In this document: positions 17,753 through 28,149 of the stretch, piece after piece | How the letters are laid out: every line of letters starts with the position of its first letter | Numbering within the stretch: position 1 is the stretch's first letter | IMG/VR virus record: IMGVR_UViG_3300009177_000033 | Coordinates: 6,893-70,892 of that record | Source: a virus | Length of the DNA stretch: 64,000 nt | Reading direction: 5' to 3' (one strand) | Notes under the pieces: generated by a model | The model's database searches: none | Told to the model about the DNA's origin: nothing | Seen by the model: the letters and a program-made list of their open reading frames with translations, nothing else | Made by a program: the position numbers and the translations under genes

Positions 17753-18188
17753 TTCTCTTTTCCAGCCCCTTATGCAGAAATCGTTCCGCGTCGTGCTGGT
17801 AGATTTTAAGCGTGATCGCGATTCGCTCGGTATCGAGACCCTGATCCCATAGCCGCAAAACGGCTTCAACCATATTGTTCGGATCATAAATGACGCGGAT
17901 CATCGGCAATAAATAAGGCCCGACCGCTTGGTGGAGCGGTCGGGCCTCTGTCGCGCGTACCCACCAACCGATGGAAAGGGACGCAGCGGACACCCGGGAG
18001 ATCGCGGATCGATTATCATTTTTTAGTCCTCGCGTCGATGCTCCTAATTTTCACTTTCGCTGGATCGACACGCTTTCCTTTTTTCGTGATCTTGTTCCCG
18101 TAAAGAGCGCTATCCATCACCAATGCCCGCGCCTCTCGCATCGCGCGTAACGCCAATTCCCGTGGACCGAGAGGCCGGGGCATTGTCT

Positions 18189-18669
18189 TTACTTTTCCGT
18201 TTCGCCGATCTCGGATCGCGCTTTATTTTGATCCTCGATAAGCTTCCGCAAAGCTGGTGATGTCACGGTTGTCGCTGGATCAAGCCCGGCATCACGGCAC
18301 ATTCTCTCAAACATGCCCTTATTGCCGCGCTCGATGGATGCTGTTGGCAGCGCATCGGTTATCTTTTTCTCTTTCGGCTTTAGCGCTTCGAACTCGCCTT
18401 TGCTGAATGCACGAGGCTCGATGCCAGATTCCTCGCAGCGCTTTTCGAATTGCGCATAGTTGAGCTTAACCATTGGCATCGCCCGTTATTGGCCGAAATA
18501 CTTTAATCGGCGTTCCTACGTCTCTCCCGCAATCGACGCGAAGCCCGCGCTCGGTGCATTTCGCAATAGCCGAAATTAAATTTAGGTGTGCCGTTTGTAA
18601 ATCGTCGGCCAACTCAACATCAGAAAGTTCGCGGGCCTTAGCTGCTGTCTTTTTTATTCGACGTTTCAT
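18189..18669 (-). other. Two small hypothetical ORFs (18189-18479, 18466-18669)
   Basis: Coupled ORFs with RBSs. Confidence 0.55.
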
Positions 18670-19097
18670 TTTTCTCTCCTTTGTTTAAGCACCCACCATT
18701 TCTCACCAGTCTCCAATAACCCACCGTCCGTAACCATGCCGAGACGGATTGCGATCCGCTCCGAATACGGACGATTGGTATTGATCTTCGCTTTAATCGG
18801 CCCATAGCCGCCTTCAACCATCGCTACGAGCATCCGCGCCATTTCCGTGCCTCTGCCGCCATTCCGAAAAAGCGGCGCAACGAACCAGCTTAAAATAAAG
18901 CAATCCGATTCAAGTTTGATCGAGCCCCACGCAAAAGCATTCCGTCCGACAGTGCTCTCACCGATAAACATGCACATCGATTTATCCACGATGCGTTTCG
19001 CCAGCCATTCGCTTTTGTCGCCGACCCACATTTCGCCATCTGGGTCCCAAGCTTCGAGCAGAGCCAAATCCAGTGTGGTGCAAGAGCGAAGAATCAT
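18666..19097 (-). CDS. GNAT-family acetyltransferase-like protein
   Basis: FVAPLFRNGGRGTEM (motif A) and N..S.RIA.RLG (motif B). Confidence 0.65.
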   Translation of the reverse strand: MILRSCTTLDLALLEAWDPDGEMWVGDKSEWLAKRIVDKSMCMFIGESTVGRNAFAWGSIKLESDCFILSWFVAPLFRNGGRGTEMARMLVAMVEGGYGPIKAKINTNRPYSERIAIRLGMVTDGGLLETGEKWWVLKQRREK

Positions 19098-19300
19098 CAG
19101 TGCCCGCCCTTCGGCATATCGACAGCGCCAGCGGCGTGAGAAATCTCCACAAGATGATCATGCGCGCGTTGTCGCTCTTCCCGCGTATCAAACGTCCGGC
19201 GTAATTCCGGCTTGCCGTCGACAGTAACGATCAGATGGAAGCCTTTGCTGTCGTCGAGAAATACGAATTTGCAGATAAATTGTTCTTCGTTTTCAGTCAT
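19097..19300 (-). CDS. Hypothetical protein
   Basis: Coupled to the GNAT start. Confidence 0.5.
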   Translation of the reverse strand: MTENEEQFICKFVFLDDSKGFHLIVTVDGKPELRRTFDTREERQRAHDHLVEISHAAGAVDMPKGGH

Positions 19301-19454
19301 CGTGGCGGCCAGATTTGCGAGAGCATCGTCACGCAGGAAATCGGATCACCTTTGCTATTAAAGATTACCAATTCCCCCGGCTCGAAACACCACATGCAGC
19401 CATCGCCGAAAAATCCAGTGCGCAATTCGCGCGTGCGGTTTGTTGTGATGATAT

Positions 19455-20054
19455 TCATAGCGTCCTCAATTGCTGGTTTGACTTTGCAGGGCTCTCAAGC
19501 TCAGCAATCGTCTCGTCGATATGCTTAACGTCGAGCAATAGCTTTAGATCAGCCAGCGCTTCGCGATGCTCGCGCAGCTCGTCGTCGCAAGCGCGTAGTA
19601 ACAACGCTGACGATGGAGCCCAGTTGAATTGATCTTCCGCCACGCCAGCTATCTTGCCCGCGTACCATTTACGAAGCGCTCGACGCATCGCCCATGCCGG
19701 GACATCGCGCAGCACTTCCATGTAGATCGCCGATTTTATCTCGACTTGTTTTTCGCTTAGCTTCGCGCTCGCCGTCGCGATCATCATTTCCGCCAACAGA
19801 GCGAGCTTTATATCCTCGTCGTTACCGCCCGGTTGAATCTCTCCCTCAATGTCGGTGATCTTCGATTCGACTTGGCGGCGCTCGTCGTCCGTCAGCCCGG
19901 GAATCCCCGCGCTCAAATATTTCTTCGTCCGTCCACCCACTGTTACGCTGCCGAGATATCGAAGCTGCCGTATTGCGAATCCCGGCAAGGATAGTTTCGT
20001 CTCTCGTTTGGGCAGAGCCACCATTGTTCCCATAACGCGCTTTCCTTTCTGCAT
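19455..20054 (-). CDS. Replication accessory / helicase-loader-like protein
   Basis: Follows and overlaps the initiator; LRDVPAWAMRRA...WAPS pattern. Confidence 0.55.
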   Translation of the reverse strand: MQKGKRVMGTMVALPKRETKLSLPGFAIRQLRYLGSVTVGGRTKKYLSAGIPGLTDDERRQVESKITDIEGEIQPGGNDEDIKLALLAEMMIATASAKLSEKQVEIKSAIYMEVLRDVPAWAMRRALRKWYAGKIAGVAEDQFNWAPSSALLLRACDDELREHREALADLKLLLDVKHIDETIAELESPAKSNQQLRTL

Positions 20055-20715
20055 CGAATTTGACTTGGTTGTTAACCCATGTCCGCCACGTTGCCGCCAA
20101 GCCGATCGATCCGGCGATCAGCGTCCCATGCTTGAGGTGATAGTCCCGGAAAGCCACCACCAACTGCCGTATTTTGTCCTCGACGAATCCCCTTTCGAGC
20201 GCGAACTGAACACCTTTCTCGTCTGGTTCCCAGTCCTCGCGCATCCGCTGTTTTCGCTTCGGGGGCTTCGCGTCGCTAGACGCGAACAATGATGGTTCAG
20301 ATTGATGGTTCTGTTTGATGGTTAGTGACGCACGTGTTGCGTCATCATCAGGGGTAGTTTGCGTCATCATCAACCCATTCTGCGTCATCATGATTTCGGC
20401 CTTTTCTGCCTCTGTAGGCGCTAGATCATGATTCCGCACCATGTGCGTTTTCATCGCATTTTTATCAAATAAAACCCGGTAGATAGTGCTTTGCCGCGCT
20501 CGTCGGCGTCGGATGATAAAACCGTCATTTTCGAGCATTACGAGCCTTCGCGCTGCCGTATCGTGCGAGCAGCAAGCCTTTTTCGCCAGCTTGTCTTGGC
20601 TAGGCCAGCACCAACCGTCCTCGTCGGCATGGTCGCAAAGAGCCAGCAAAATAAGCTTCGTTTGCGCGTCGTCGATATCCTGCTTAAAGGCCCATGCCAT
20701 TGCCTCGACGCTCAT
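19846..20715 (-). CDS. Phage replication initiator (N-terminal winged HTH)
   Basis: MSVEAMAWA...KLILLALCDHADEDGWCWPSQDKLA; C-terminal DWEP...ATWRTWV. Confidence 0.85.
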   Translation of the reverse strand: MSVEAMAWAFKQDIDDAQTKLILLALCDHADEDGWCWPSQDKLAKKACCSHDTAARRLVMLENDGFIIRRRRARQSTIYRVLFDKNAMKTHMVRNHDLAPTEAEKAEIMMTQNGLMMTQTTPDDDATRASLTIKQNHQSEPSLFASSDAKPPKRKQRMREDWEPDEKGVQFALERGFVEDKIRQLVVAFRDYHLKHGTLIAGSIGLAATWRTWVNNQVKFDAERKARYGNNGGSAQTRDETILAGIRNTAASISRQRNSGWTDEEIFERGDSRADGRRAPPSRIEDHRH

Positions 20716-20753
20716 ATCCGTTTCCCTCTCCCAAAGTGTTTCACGTGAAACAT

Positions 20754-21350
20754 TTACCCAGTTTTGCCTCGCCTAATTTCCAGCGTTCGTAAGCGTTCGA
20801 TGTCGAGCAGATCGGTTTTCGGCACATTCCAAGTATCGGGGTCGAGACCATCCGAGCCGTCCGATATTTGCTTCGTGCGGAAAAAATCCTCCTTCGTGAT
20901 GAAGCCTTCGATGGCGCATTCCCCTGGCGCTGCCATCGAGTCGATACTGCACGCGATCAAGACGTTAAAAGTTTTCTGCCAATAGAGATCGTTGACCTCT
21001 AGCGACCACAGCAGTTTTCGATAATGGCCCGGCGTAGTTTTTACATCGGCGCGAATACCGTTAGGCAGAGACAGATCCTTTCCATCGTCGGCAAACATCG
21101 CCCAGTGCACATCAACGAGAGGCTCAAGTCCGAAATAGATCGCGACAGCACATTCGCCGATCTTGCTGTTCGTAAGTCGCACTGGGTCTTTCTCCGCGCC
21201 CCATCTTCCGGTCCGCGAGCGCGAGCGCGACGATCCGCCAGCGGCATAGTGCGCGATCAAACTGTGCGCCCATCCACTGCATCGCGCCACTAGCTGCTGC
21301 TCAACGGACACTATTTTTCTGTTTCGATTCATTCTGCTTCGTTGCCCCAT
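20754..21350 (-). CDS. Hypothetical protein, possible PD-(D/E)XK fold
   Basis: GECAVA...DDGKDL...ADVKTT. Confidence 0.45.
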   Translation of the reverse strand: MGQRSRMNRNRKIVSVEQQLVARCSGWAHSLIAHYAAGGSSRSRSRTGRWGAEKDPVRLTNSKIGECAVAIYFGLEPLVDVHWAMFADDGKDLSLPNGIRADVKTTPGHYRKLLWSLEVNDLYWQKTFNVLIACSIDSMAAPGECAIEGFITKEDFFRTKQISDGSDGLDPDTWNVPKTDLLDIERLRTLEIRRGKTG

Positions 21351-22363
21351 GCATCCCAGCCTTTTCGTGCTGGGCCGCGCCTGTTCAGTTCGATCTTCGG
21401 CACGTTGGGATAATAGCTTTCGATAATCCGGTATGATTGCTCTGGCTTCGCAGAATGTTTTGTCCGCTTCTCTCTGATCAAAGATGGAAACTGCGTCCCG
21501 GGTGCTGGCGGCACAACTTTTCCTCGAGTACCGATCAGCAAAATTTCGTGCTGGTTAAGATTCCAATATCCTGTGCCGGTAATTTCTTTGTCCCATGCAA
21601 AATGGCTGACGTATTTGAAACCCCATGCGCCCATAACGTTTAGAGCTTCTGGAAGCATTGGGACAATCGCCCATAAAAATAAAACGCAATCTTTCGCGGC
21701 CGGAATCTTTCGGCTCATTATCGTTTGCGTATCGCTAACCGGATAATGGTTGGCGGCCGACTTGCGTTGTCCTTTGTCGGAATGTGTTTTGAAGTGCCAC
21801 TCTGGATCGGCGAGAACAACGCCATATGTTTTATCCGGCATAGCCTTGATCTTCTTCGCCAGATTCTTCTCGCGCTCTGCCCGCTGGACTTTGAAATTAC
21901 CGAATTTAGTTTCTTCAATAACTGCTTTGAGAGTAGCGTCGTGCTGAGTGGCCCATAGGTCCTCGACGATCTTTCGCATTTTGTCACGGCTTAGCTTGGC
22001 GAGCTTCATCAGCCATGCGCGAGATTTGCCGTTTATGGGAAGGTCAGATCGCCTTAAAGATTTAACCCCGGGGTTAAATCTTTTCCCGCGCCCGGGACCA
22101 CCAAGCTTAGGCACGTTCTCGTCTATGCGGACGCCAATCTCTCGACGAAGCGAGAGGATCGTCCACTCCGCTTCTTGCTTTAACTGGGTCACTTCGCCGT
22201 ACATGAGCTTTATCGCTTTGGCGACGCCAAGCAATTGCGAAAGTTCTTCATAGGTTTTTGTTTTCCGGCCTTGCTGCTCAAGCTCGCTTAACGCTTTGAG
22301 CGCTGCCGGGACATTTGCAAAATATTTTTGGGGCGTCTTTTCGAGCATGAGCAACTCCACCAC
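21329..22363 (-). CDS. MT-A70-family adenine methyltransferase
   Basis: VLADPEW, NHYP, VLFLWA, WGFKY, EILLIGTRG, HSAKP, GWDAWGNE. Confidence 0.9.
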   Translation of the reverse strand: MVELLMLEKTPQKYFANVPAALKALSELEQQGRKTKTYEELSQLLGVAKAIKLMYGEVTQLKQEAEWTILSLRREIGVRIDENVPKLGGPGRGKRFNPGVKSLRRSDLPINGKSRAWLMKLAKLSRDKMRKIVEDLWATQHDATLKAVIEETKFGNFKVQRAEREKNLAKKIKAMPDKTYGVVLADPEWHFKTHSDKGQRKSAANHYPVSDTQTIMSRKIPAAKDCVLFLWAIVPMLPEALNVMGAWGFKYVSHFAWDKEITGTGYWNLNQHEILLIGTRGKVVPPAPGTQFPSLIREKRTKHSAKPEQSYRIIESYYPNVPKIELNRRGPARKGWDAWGNEAE

Positions 22364-22444
22364 GTTCTCGAATCGGAAAGCGAGAACGCTAAGCGACGAA
22401 TTGTGGTACGTCGATTCTTTTCCGGAAGTTGTTCGCGCTAACTT

Positions 22445-22645
22445 TTATTGCAGCGTCGTTAGATGAACGACATTCTCAGCTTCGTTCGAACGAGCCTCAT
22501 CATCTAGTACGTCGTGCACCATTGATGCTATTACTAGCGATGGCTCAATTTGGAGCTCGTCGGCAAGCACAAGCAAGCGCTCCGCAGTAAGCGGATCGAG
22601 CAGCGTCCGAAATGGCACTTTGTTTTCTTCGTCAGGGTTTCGCAT
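22445..22645 (-). CDS. Small putative DNA-binding protein
   Basis: RHH-like spacing; sits in the CII-like position. Confidence 0.4.
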   Translation of the reverse strand: MRNPDEENKVPFRTLLDPLTAERLLVLADELQIEPSLVIASMVHDVLDDEARSNEAENVVHLTTLQ

Positions 22646-22719
22646 AAGCGAATGCTCTATCCGATTCGCGATTGTGGTCCTTCGGCCTACAACGTCTTTT
22701 TAACAGATTTGTTGCAGCG

Positions 22720-22959
22720 CTACTTAAATGATATTTTTCTCGCCTTGGGCCATTTGGTATTATCCGGCCACTCAGCCTTAAATGCTTCTAACATTTCATC
22801 GAACTTGCGTAGCGTTATCGTAATTTTCCCTGATTCAAATTCATCGAGGAAGTTCACGTTACCGTGAAACCTGCGCGAAATTGTCGCGAGCGTCAGGTGA
22901 TTCGCCTTACCGAAAGCTGTCGCTATAGCCAGCAAATAATCTCTGCAAAATTGCTCCAT
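22720..22959 (-). CDS. Cro-like HTH regulator
   Basis: TLATISRRFHG...GKITITLRK...WPDNTKWP; near the start of the leftward replication operon. Confidence 0.6.
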   Translation of the reverse strand: MEQFCRDYLLAIATAFGKANHLTLATISRRFHGNVNFLDEFESGKITITLRKFDEMLEAFKAEWPDNTKWPKARKISFK

Positions 22960-22963
22960 GGCT

Positions 22964-23308
22964 TTATTCCCCTATATCCAGTTTGGGCAGTTTTCGTTTC
23001 TGTTTTTTCACCGACGTTTCGAAAGCATCGTAATCTACTGGCGGATTTACCTGCGTGACTTGTTTCGGTGCGACAATTATCTCCGATATATTGGTGCCGA
23101 AAATTGGCGTTTCAATCTTCGTGCCGTAAATAACAGTTTCATTTGGCGCGATCCAGCGAATAGTTCCGCCAGAGGCATTCATTCTCAGGTTTCTATAGTC
23201 GCGCACAAATTCCGGCGAAAGCTCGACGCCAGATTCCTTTACCCACTTATCGAAATCGTCGCCGTCCATATGTAGCTCCCGATTATCCCCGGCAGATTTT
23301 TTTGTCAA
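22964..23308 (-). CDS. Hypothetical protein
   Basis: ORF at the divergence point; start uncertain. Confidence 0.45.
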   Translation of the reverse strand: MTKKSAGDNRELHMDGDDFDKWVKESGVELSPEFVRDYRNLRMNASGGTIRWIAPNETVIYGTKIETPIFGTNISEIIVAPKQVTQVNPPVDYDAFETSVKKQKRKLPKLDIGE

Positions 23309-23666
23309 TCAACTTGGTAGTTTACACCGGCGATAATTGTCGCTAAACGATTCGTCCTCAATTTTGTCGGAAGTGAGAACGAGGACAACCGGTGGCGAAA
23401 CGATACTACGACAGTCGAGGACGATCCGCGCCTGCATGGTTCATGCGCCCAATGCTCGTCATGGCGTTTCCCGTCATTCTATTTTTTGCAATGACGAGAG
23501 AGATTCTTTCTGGCTTTCACCGAGCATATTTAGAAGCACGCATCCAGTGGGTTGAGCTTAAGATACTTTGGCGCAGCGCTCGCGAACCCGGCACACCGAT
23601 GCCGTGGTGCGATTACTGCCAAGGCTATCACCACATCACCGCCGATCACATACACAGGAAAAGTAC

Positions 23667-24608
23667 ATGAAGACTCTCGAATGGCTGGGCGATCCAATCA
23701 CCAAGGCGGGCATCTATGCCAACGTTCCCATCGATAAATATCACAGAGGCGATATCTGCGACGGACCAAGCGTATCGTCGAGCGGGTTACGCCGTTTGTT
23801 TTCGCTCAGTCCGGCGCACTTCTATTCCGAGTGGCCGGGAAACCCCAACGCCGTCGAGCCAGAGGACAAGCCGCATTTTATTATGGGGCGCGCGGTCCAC
23901 CATTTATTTCTCGGCGAAAAGTTTTTCTCGAAACTCTTTTGCATCCAGCCAGAGGAATATCCGGACAGAAACACCGGGCAGCTAAAGAAGTGGACATACC
24001 AATCTGTTTACTGCCAGCGCTGGCGCGAGCGGCAATGGAAGCAGGGGCTATCGATCTTGCCAGCGAAAGACCTAGACAACATTCGCGGCATGGCGGATTC
24101 GCTCGCGTCGCATCCCATCGTTACCGCTGGCGCTCTTGGCGGGCAGATCGAGCGATCCGGTTTCTGGCGAGATAAGGAGACGGGGTTGTGGGTAAAGATT
24201 CGCCCCGATGCGATGCCCACAACCAGCGTCGATTTCGTCGATTTGAAATCCACCACAAGCGTTCTCTGGCCCGATATCCAGCGCACGATTGCAGACATGG
24301 GCTACCACCAGCAGGGCGCTTTGGTATGCGAAGGCGCGAAGCGGTTGCTGGGCATAGATCGTCCCACGTTTACGCTCGTCTTTATCGAAAAGAAAAAGCC
24401 GTGGTGCGTGCGCGTCGTCACGTTGAAGGACAACGACTTGGCGCGAGGCGAAAAACAAAACCGCTACGCGCTCGACGTAATCGCTCGCTGTCTGAAATCA
24501 AATCGCTGGCCCGGTCCCGGTGGCGAGCGCGAAGATGCAGAGCATATCGAACTGCCAGAGTTCGCGCAGAAGCGTATCGACGACAAGCTCACGTTTGGAG
24601 TCTCGTGA
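23667..24608 (+). CDS. RecE/exonuclease VIII-like PD-(D/E)XK nuclease
   Basis: YH...VSSSGLR...SPAHF, GRAVH, KIRPD, VDLKST, YHQQGA. Confidence 0.85.
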   Translation: MKTLEWLGDPITKAGIYANVPIDKYHRGDICDGPSVSSSGLRRLFSLSPAHFYSEWPGNPNAVEPEDKPHFIMGRAVHHLFLGEKFFSKLFCIQPEEYPDRNTGQLKKWTYQSVYCQRWRERQWKQGLSILPAKDLDNIRGMADSLASHPIVTAGALGGQIERSGFWRDKETGLWVKIRPDAMPTTSVDFVDLKSTTSVLWPDIQRTIADMGYHQQGALVCEGAKRLLGIDRPTFTLVFIEKKKPWCVRVVTLKDNDLARGEKQNRYALDVIARCLKSNRWPGPGGEREDAEHIELPEFAQKRIDDKLTFGVS

Positions 24609-24837
24609 TGGCCCTTTACCAATCTTTCTGGAAACCAAATCAACACACGCTGCGGATTCATATTCGCCATTGCGGAAACTACACCGAAGTGCACATGCCT
24701 TATTATTTCACCCCGCTCAGTCCAATCATCGTCATCGATGGGCATAGCATCGATGTCGTCATCGACGACATTCGCACTAACCCGACGCCGAAAGGTGTTG
24801 AGGCCGTTCGCGTTTACGAAAACTTATAGGCGTCGCG

Positions 24838-25218
24838 ATGAGAAATCTAAATCTGCTCGAAAACTATAGACAGCCGTACGTCGAGCGCTCGCTATATGGC
24901 GAGACAGGAGATCAGAGCAATGGAATCTTCCTGCTGAAATCGCCAATCGATGGCGGCCTGCTTTCGGTTATCGCATCGAGCGGCGACGGCTGGGAGCACG
25001 TCAGCGTCTCGCGTTCGAACCGCTGCCCCAACTGGCCCGAAATGGAATTTATCAAGCGAACGTTTTTCAAAGACGACGAATGCGCCATGCAATTGCATGT
25101 GCCGACGAGCGAGCACCTTAGTTACCATCCGTACTGTCTGCATATCTGGCGGCCGCTCAATCAGACTATCCCGCAACCGCCATCTTGGATGGTCGCGCCG
25201 GAAAAGGAGAAAACGTGA
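24838..25218 (+). CDS. Conserved phage protein, paralog of 11080-11547
   Basis: WEHVSVS...PNWPEMEFIK...MQLH...CLHIWRP. Confidence 0.7.
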   Translation: MRNLNLLENYRQPYVERSLYGETGDQSNGIFLLKSPIDGGLLSVIASSGDGWEHVSVSRSNRCPNWPEMEFIKRTFFKDDECAMQLHVPTSEHLSYHPYCLHIWRPLNQTIPQPPSWMVAPEKEKT

Positions 25219-25895
25219 GACGCTACAACCCAGAACGAATAAGGCAGGGGCCGCATCTGTCGACCGACCACGAGCATTATTTCGTGGTCAACGGAAAATT
25301 CATCCGCGTGCAAAAGCGCGTCGACCACAAGACGATGCAGAAAAAAGGCTTATACGAATTTCGATGGAAGACCGTCGCCACATACAAACGGGTCGACAAA
25401 TGAACACTTGCGATGAAGCTCACTGTCTGGCCGAGAACGAAAGGCTGGGACCGTCGCGGGACGCAATCGTAAGCGACTTGGTAGAGCGTGTCGCTATAGC
25501 CAGCGCAATGGCGACGAACGGTGGCGACTGGAATACGCACTACACCGACGACCAAAAACATTTATGGCGCGTCCGAGCGGTAGCGGCAATCGAAGCAATA
25601 AAGCAGACGCACATTATAATTTCTCAGGAAGAATATCGGCAGATCAACAACTGAGATTTTGGCAAAGGAGCGACATCGATGAGCCCGTTTTTCGCATTGG
25701 TGTTCACTTGCGGATATTTAACATGCGATCCGCCAAAGGAAATTATTTTTCCAGACGAAGCATCATGCCGAGAATTTATCCAGCCGTTTGTGCAATCTCA
25801 TAAAGAAAATACCGGCGTTGGCGCTGCGTGTTTCGACAGGACGACAGGAAAAGTTATCGTTTCCAGCAAGCAATTGGCAAAGGAGAAAAAAGCCG

Positions 25896-26999
25896 ATGAA
25901 CGAAACTGAAACAAAAACTAGATTGACCGGGAGCGATCTCGCTACCCGCGGATTAGATGCGCTCGACGTTACCCACTACGATCAAATGCCCGTCGATAAC
26001 GCCGCCAAGAGCGGCGAGATCAGCGGCGTTGACTGGATGAAAGTCATGGAGCTTGGCAAAGCTCTCTGCGCGATGCAGGACGGAATGCCCGTCCATGTTC
26101 GCGGTCGATGGGGCATCGGCTGTCGTATCGCGGCCAACGCCTATCAGTGGCGCATGGACCCGTTCGCAATCGCGGATCAAACCTACGTTGTCAATAATCG
26201 GCTTGGCTATATGAGCCAGCTAATCCACGCGCTGATAAATCGAAACGCGCCGCTGATGCACCGGCTGGAATGCCACTACATCGGCGAAGGGCAGGATCGG
26301 CAATGCAAAGTCGTCGGACAGTTTATCTCGGGCGACGAGCGCGACTACACGACGCCGAAGCTCAAAGACATCAAAGTCAAAAATTCACCTAGCTGGACTG
26401 GCGATGTCGATCAGCAGCTTTGGTATTTCGGCGTCCGCGCATGGGGCCGTAAATGGGTGCCCGAGGTTATGCTGGGCGTCTATACGAAAGAGGAACTTGA
26501 AAGCGATCCAGAAGCCATCCGTGGCTATGACACCGCAGCGCCAGGGCTCCACGCCCGGTTAAAGGGCAGCGAGCGCTCCGAGGAAGGCCACCACGCCGAG
26601 CACGTCGCCGCGCAGCTCGACGAGATCGAAAACGGGGGCGAGATCGTAGAGGAAGCCCCCGCGCCCGAGCAGCGGGCAGTGCAGGGTAAGGCCATAGCCC
26701 CTAAGGAGGGGAAAGACCCCACCCCGAAGGCAAAACGAGCCGGTAAGCTCCCCAAGGGCAAGGCGACTATAGAGGCCGACGAGCCGAAGCGCGGGCAGAC
26801 GGCCTCCAAGGTGGCCTATCCGTCGTCCGTGGCCGAATATCTGGCCTATGCCCGCCGCTGGATCAAAGCCGAGCCCGACAAGGTGGCACTGGGCCAGCGC
26901 TGGGCTAGCGAGCGCCGTATGCGAAACGATCTCGGCTTAACGTCCGAAGATCGCGAGCCGCTGGAAGCCCTGATGCAAAAGAGGCTCGACGAGAAATGA
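25896..26999 (+). CDS. RecT-like single-strand annealing protein
   Basis: QWRMDPFAIA.QTYVVN, KNSPSW, DQQLWY, RAWGR..PEVMLGVYTKEEL; downstream of the RecE-like gene. Confidence 0.8.
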   Translation: MNETETKTRLTGSDLATRGLDALDVTHYDQMPVDNAAKSGEISGVDWMKVMELGKALCAMQDGMPVHVRGRWGIGCRIAANAYQWRMDPFAIADQTYVVNNRLGYMSQLIHALINRNAPLMHRLECHYIGEGQDRQCKVVGQFISGDERDYTTPKLKDIKVKNSPSWTGDVDQQLWYFGVRAWGRKWVPEVMLGVYTKEELESDPEAIRGYDTAAPGLHARLKGSERSEEGHHAEHVAAQLDEIENGGEIVEEAPAPEQRAVQGKAIAPKEGKDPTPKAKRAGKLPKGKATIEADEPKRGQTASKVAYPSSVAEYLAYARRWIKAEPDKVALGQRWASERRMRNDLGLTSEDREPLEALMQKRLDEK

Positions 27000-28149
27000 C
27001 CAATCCGAAGCAGGTAGACGGGGGTTTAGCTCCCCCGCTTCCATCCCCCGACTATCTGCAACGGTGGGACGAGCAAGTCGTCAAGCTGCAAAACGAAAAC
27101 AAGAAACTGAGGCACAGCCTTGTAGCTACAAGAACGATACTCGTCCAACTAAAGCTATCAAGCCCGCCCGGTCTGTGGCCGGGTTTCGATCTCTGGATTG
27201 CCAACATCGACGCGAGCTTAAAATGACAATGGGCCCCGGAAAATACGATTACATTTGTACAGAAGTTCGCGAGCGAACCAATGCGCGGGCAGCGCTCGTC
27301 GTTGTTATCGGCGGTGATCTTGGCGACGGCTTTTCAATTCAAGCGCACTCAGACGTGATGATAAATCTTCCAGAACTTCTTGAAATAATGGCGAAGAAAG
27401 TGCGCGAGGATATCCAGTGATCGAATATCAATGGTACGCGGTTCGCGACGGGCAGAACCAGCGAAAAGTTTTCGGCTTTATAAAGCTCGCGGTTAACGTT
27501 CGCGACTATCGCTTGCCAATCAGGCGCGGGCTCGCGGTCGCGGCAGTTATAGGCGACGCTCAGCCGCGCGCCGTTCAAATAACCGCTGGCGTCGATTTTA
27601 TCGATTTGCAAATCGAGTTCATGGGCGAAGGGCCGACACGCGAGCGCTGCATCCGATCAGATGATCGCACCATTGCTTTCTGGAGAACCGTCAGCGGTTT
27701 CTTGGAAGCGCAGATCACCGAAGCGCCGCCGCCGCAGCGCGCCGTTAAAAAGCCGAAGGCGCGAAAGCTACCGATGTTGGAGATCGATCTATGACATGCG
27801 TTTCTTGCAGCGAGCTTAAACCGATCATCTATCGCGGCATGTGCCAGCAGTGCACCCGAGATTTCAGATACACGCGCTATCGGGGATGGATCGAGCGACG
27901 CGCCGAACGCTTGGGCAAGCCGCTGCCGCGCGAAGGCGAACGTCGCCCGCTCGTCGAGACGCTAAAGGTGGTGGCGCGATGAAAGTGTATTTGGTTTGGG
28001 ATGGCTACGAGGATGTAGAGGCCGTTTTTCTCTCTGAGGGAAACGCGCAGGCGTTCGCCAATAAAATAATCGAAGAACGTACCGGCGGACTATTCTTTCA
28101 CCCAGACAATATTTCAGTCAACGAAATGGAAGTATCGGACGCGCCATGA
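26996..28149 (+). other. Run of small coupled hypothetical ORFs (26996-27226, ~27223-27420, 27417-27794, 27791-27982, ~27979-28149)
   Basis: ATGA/GTGA overlaps. Confidence 0.55.

Noticed and set aside
17966-17977. AACCGATGGAAA copy of the start motif
   Set aside because: On the plus strand inside a minus-strand operon with no convincing downstream ORF; not counted.
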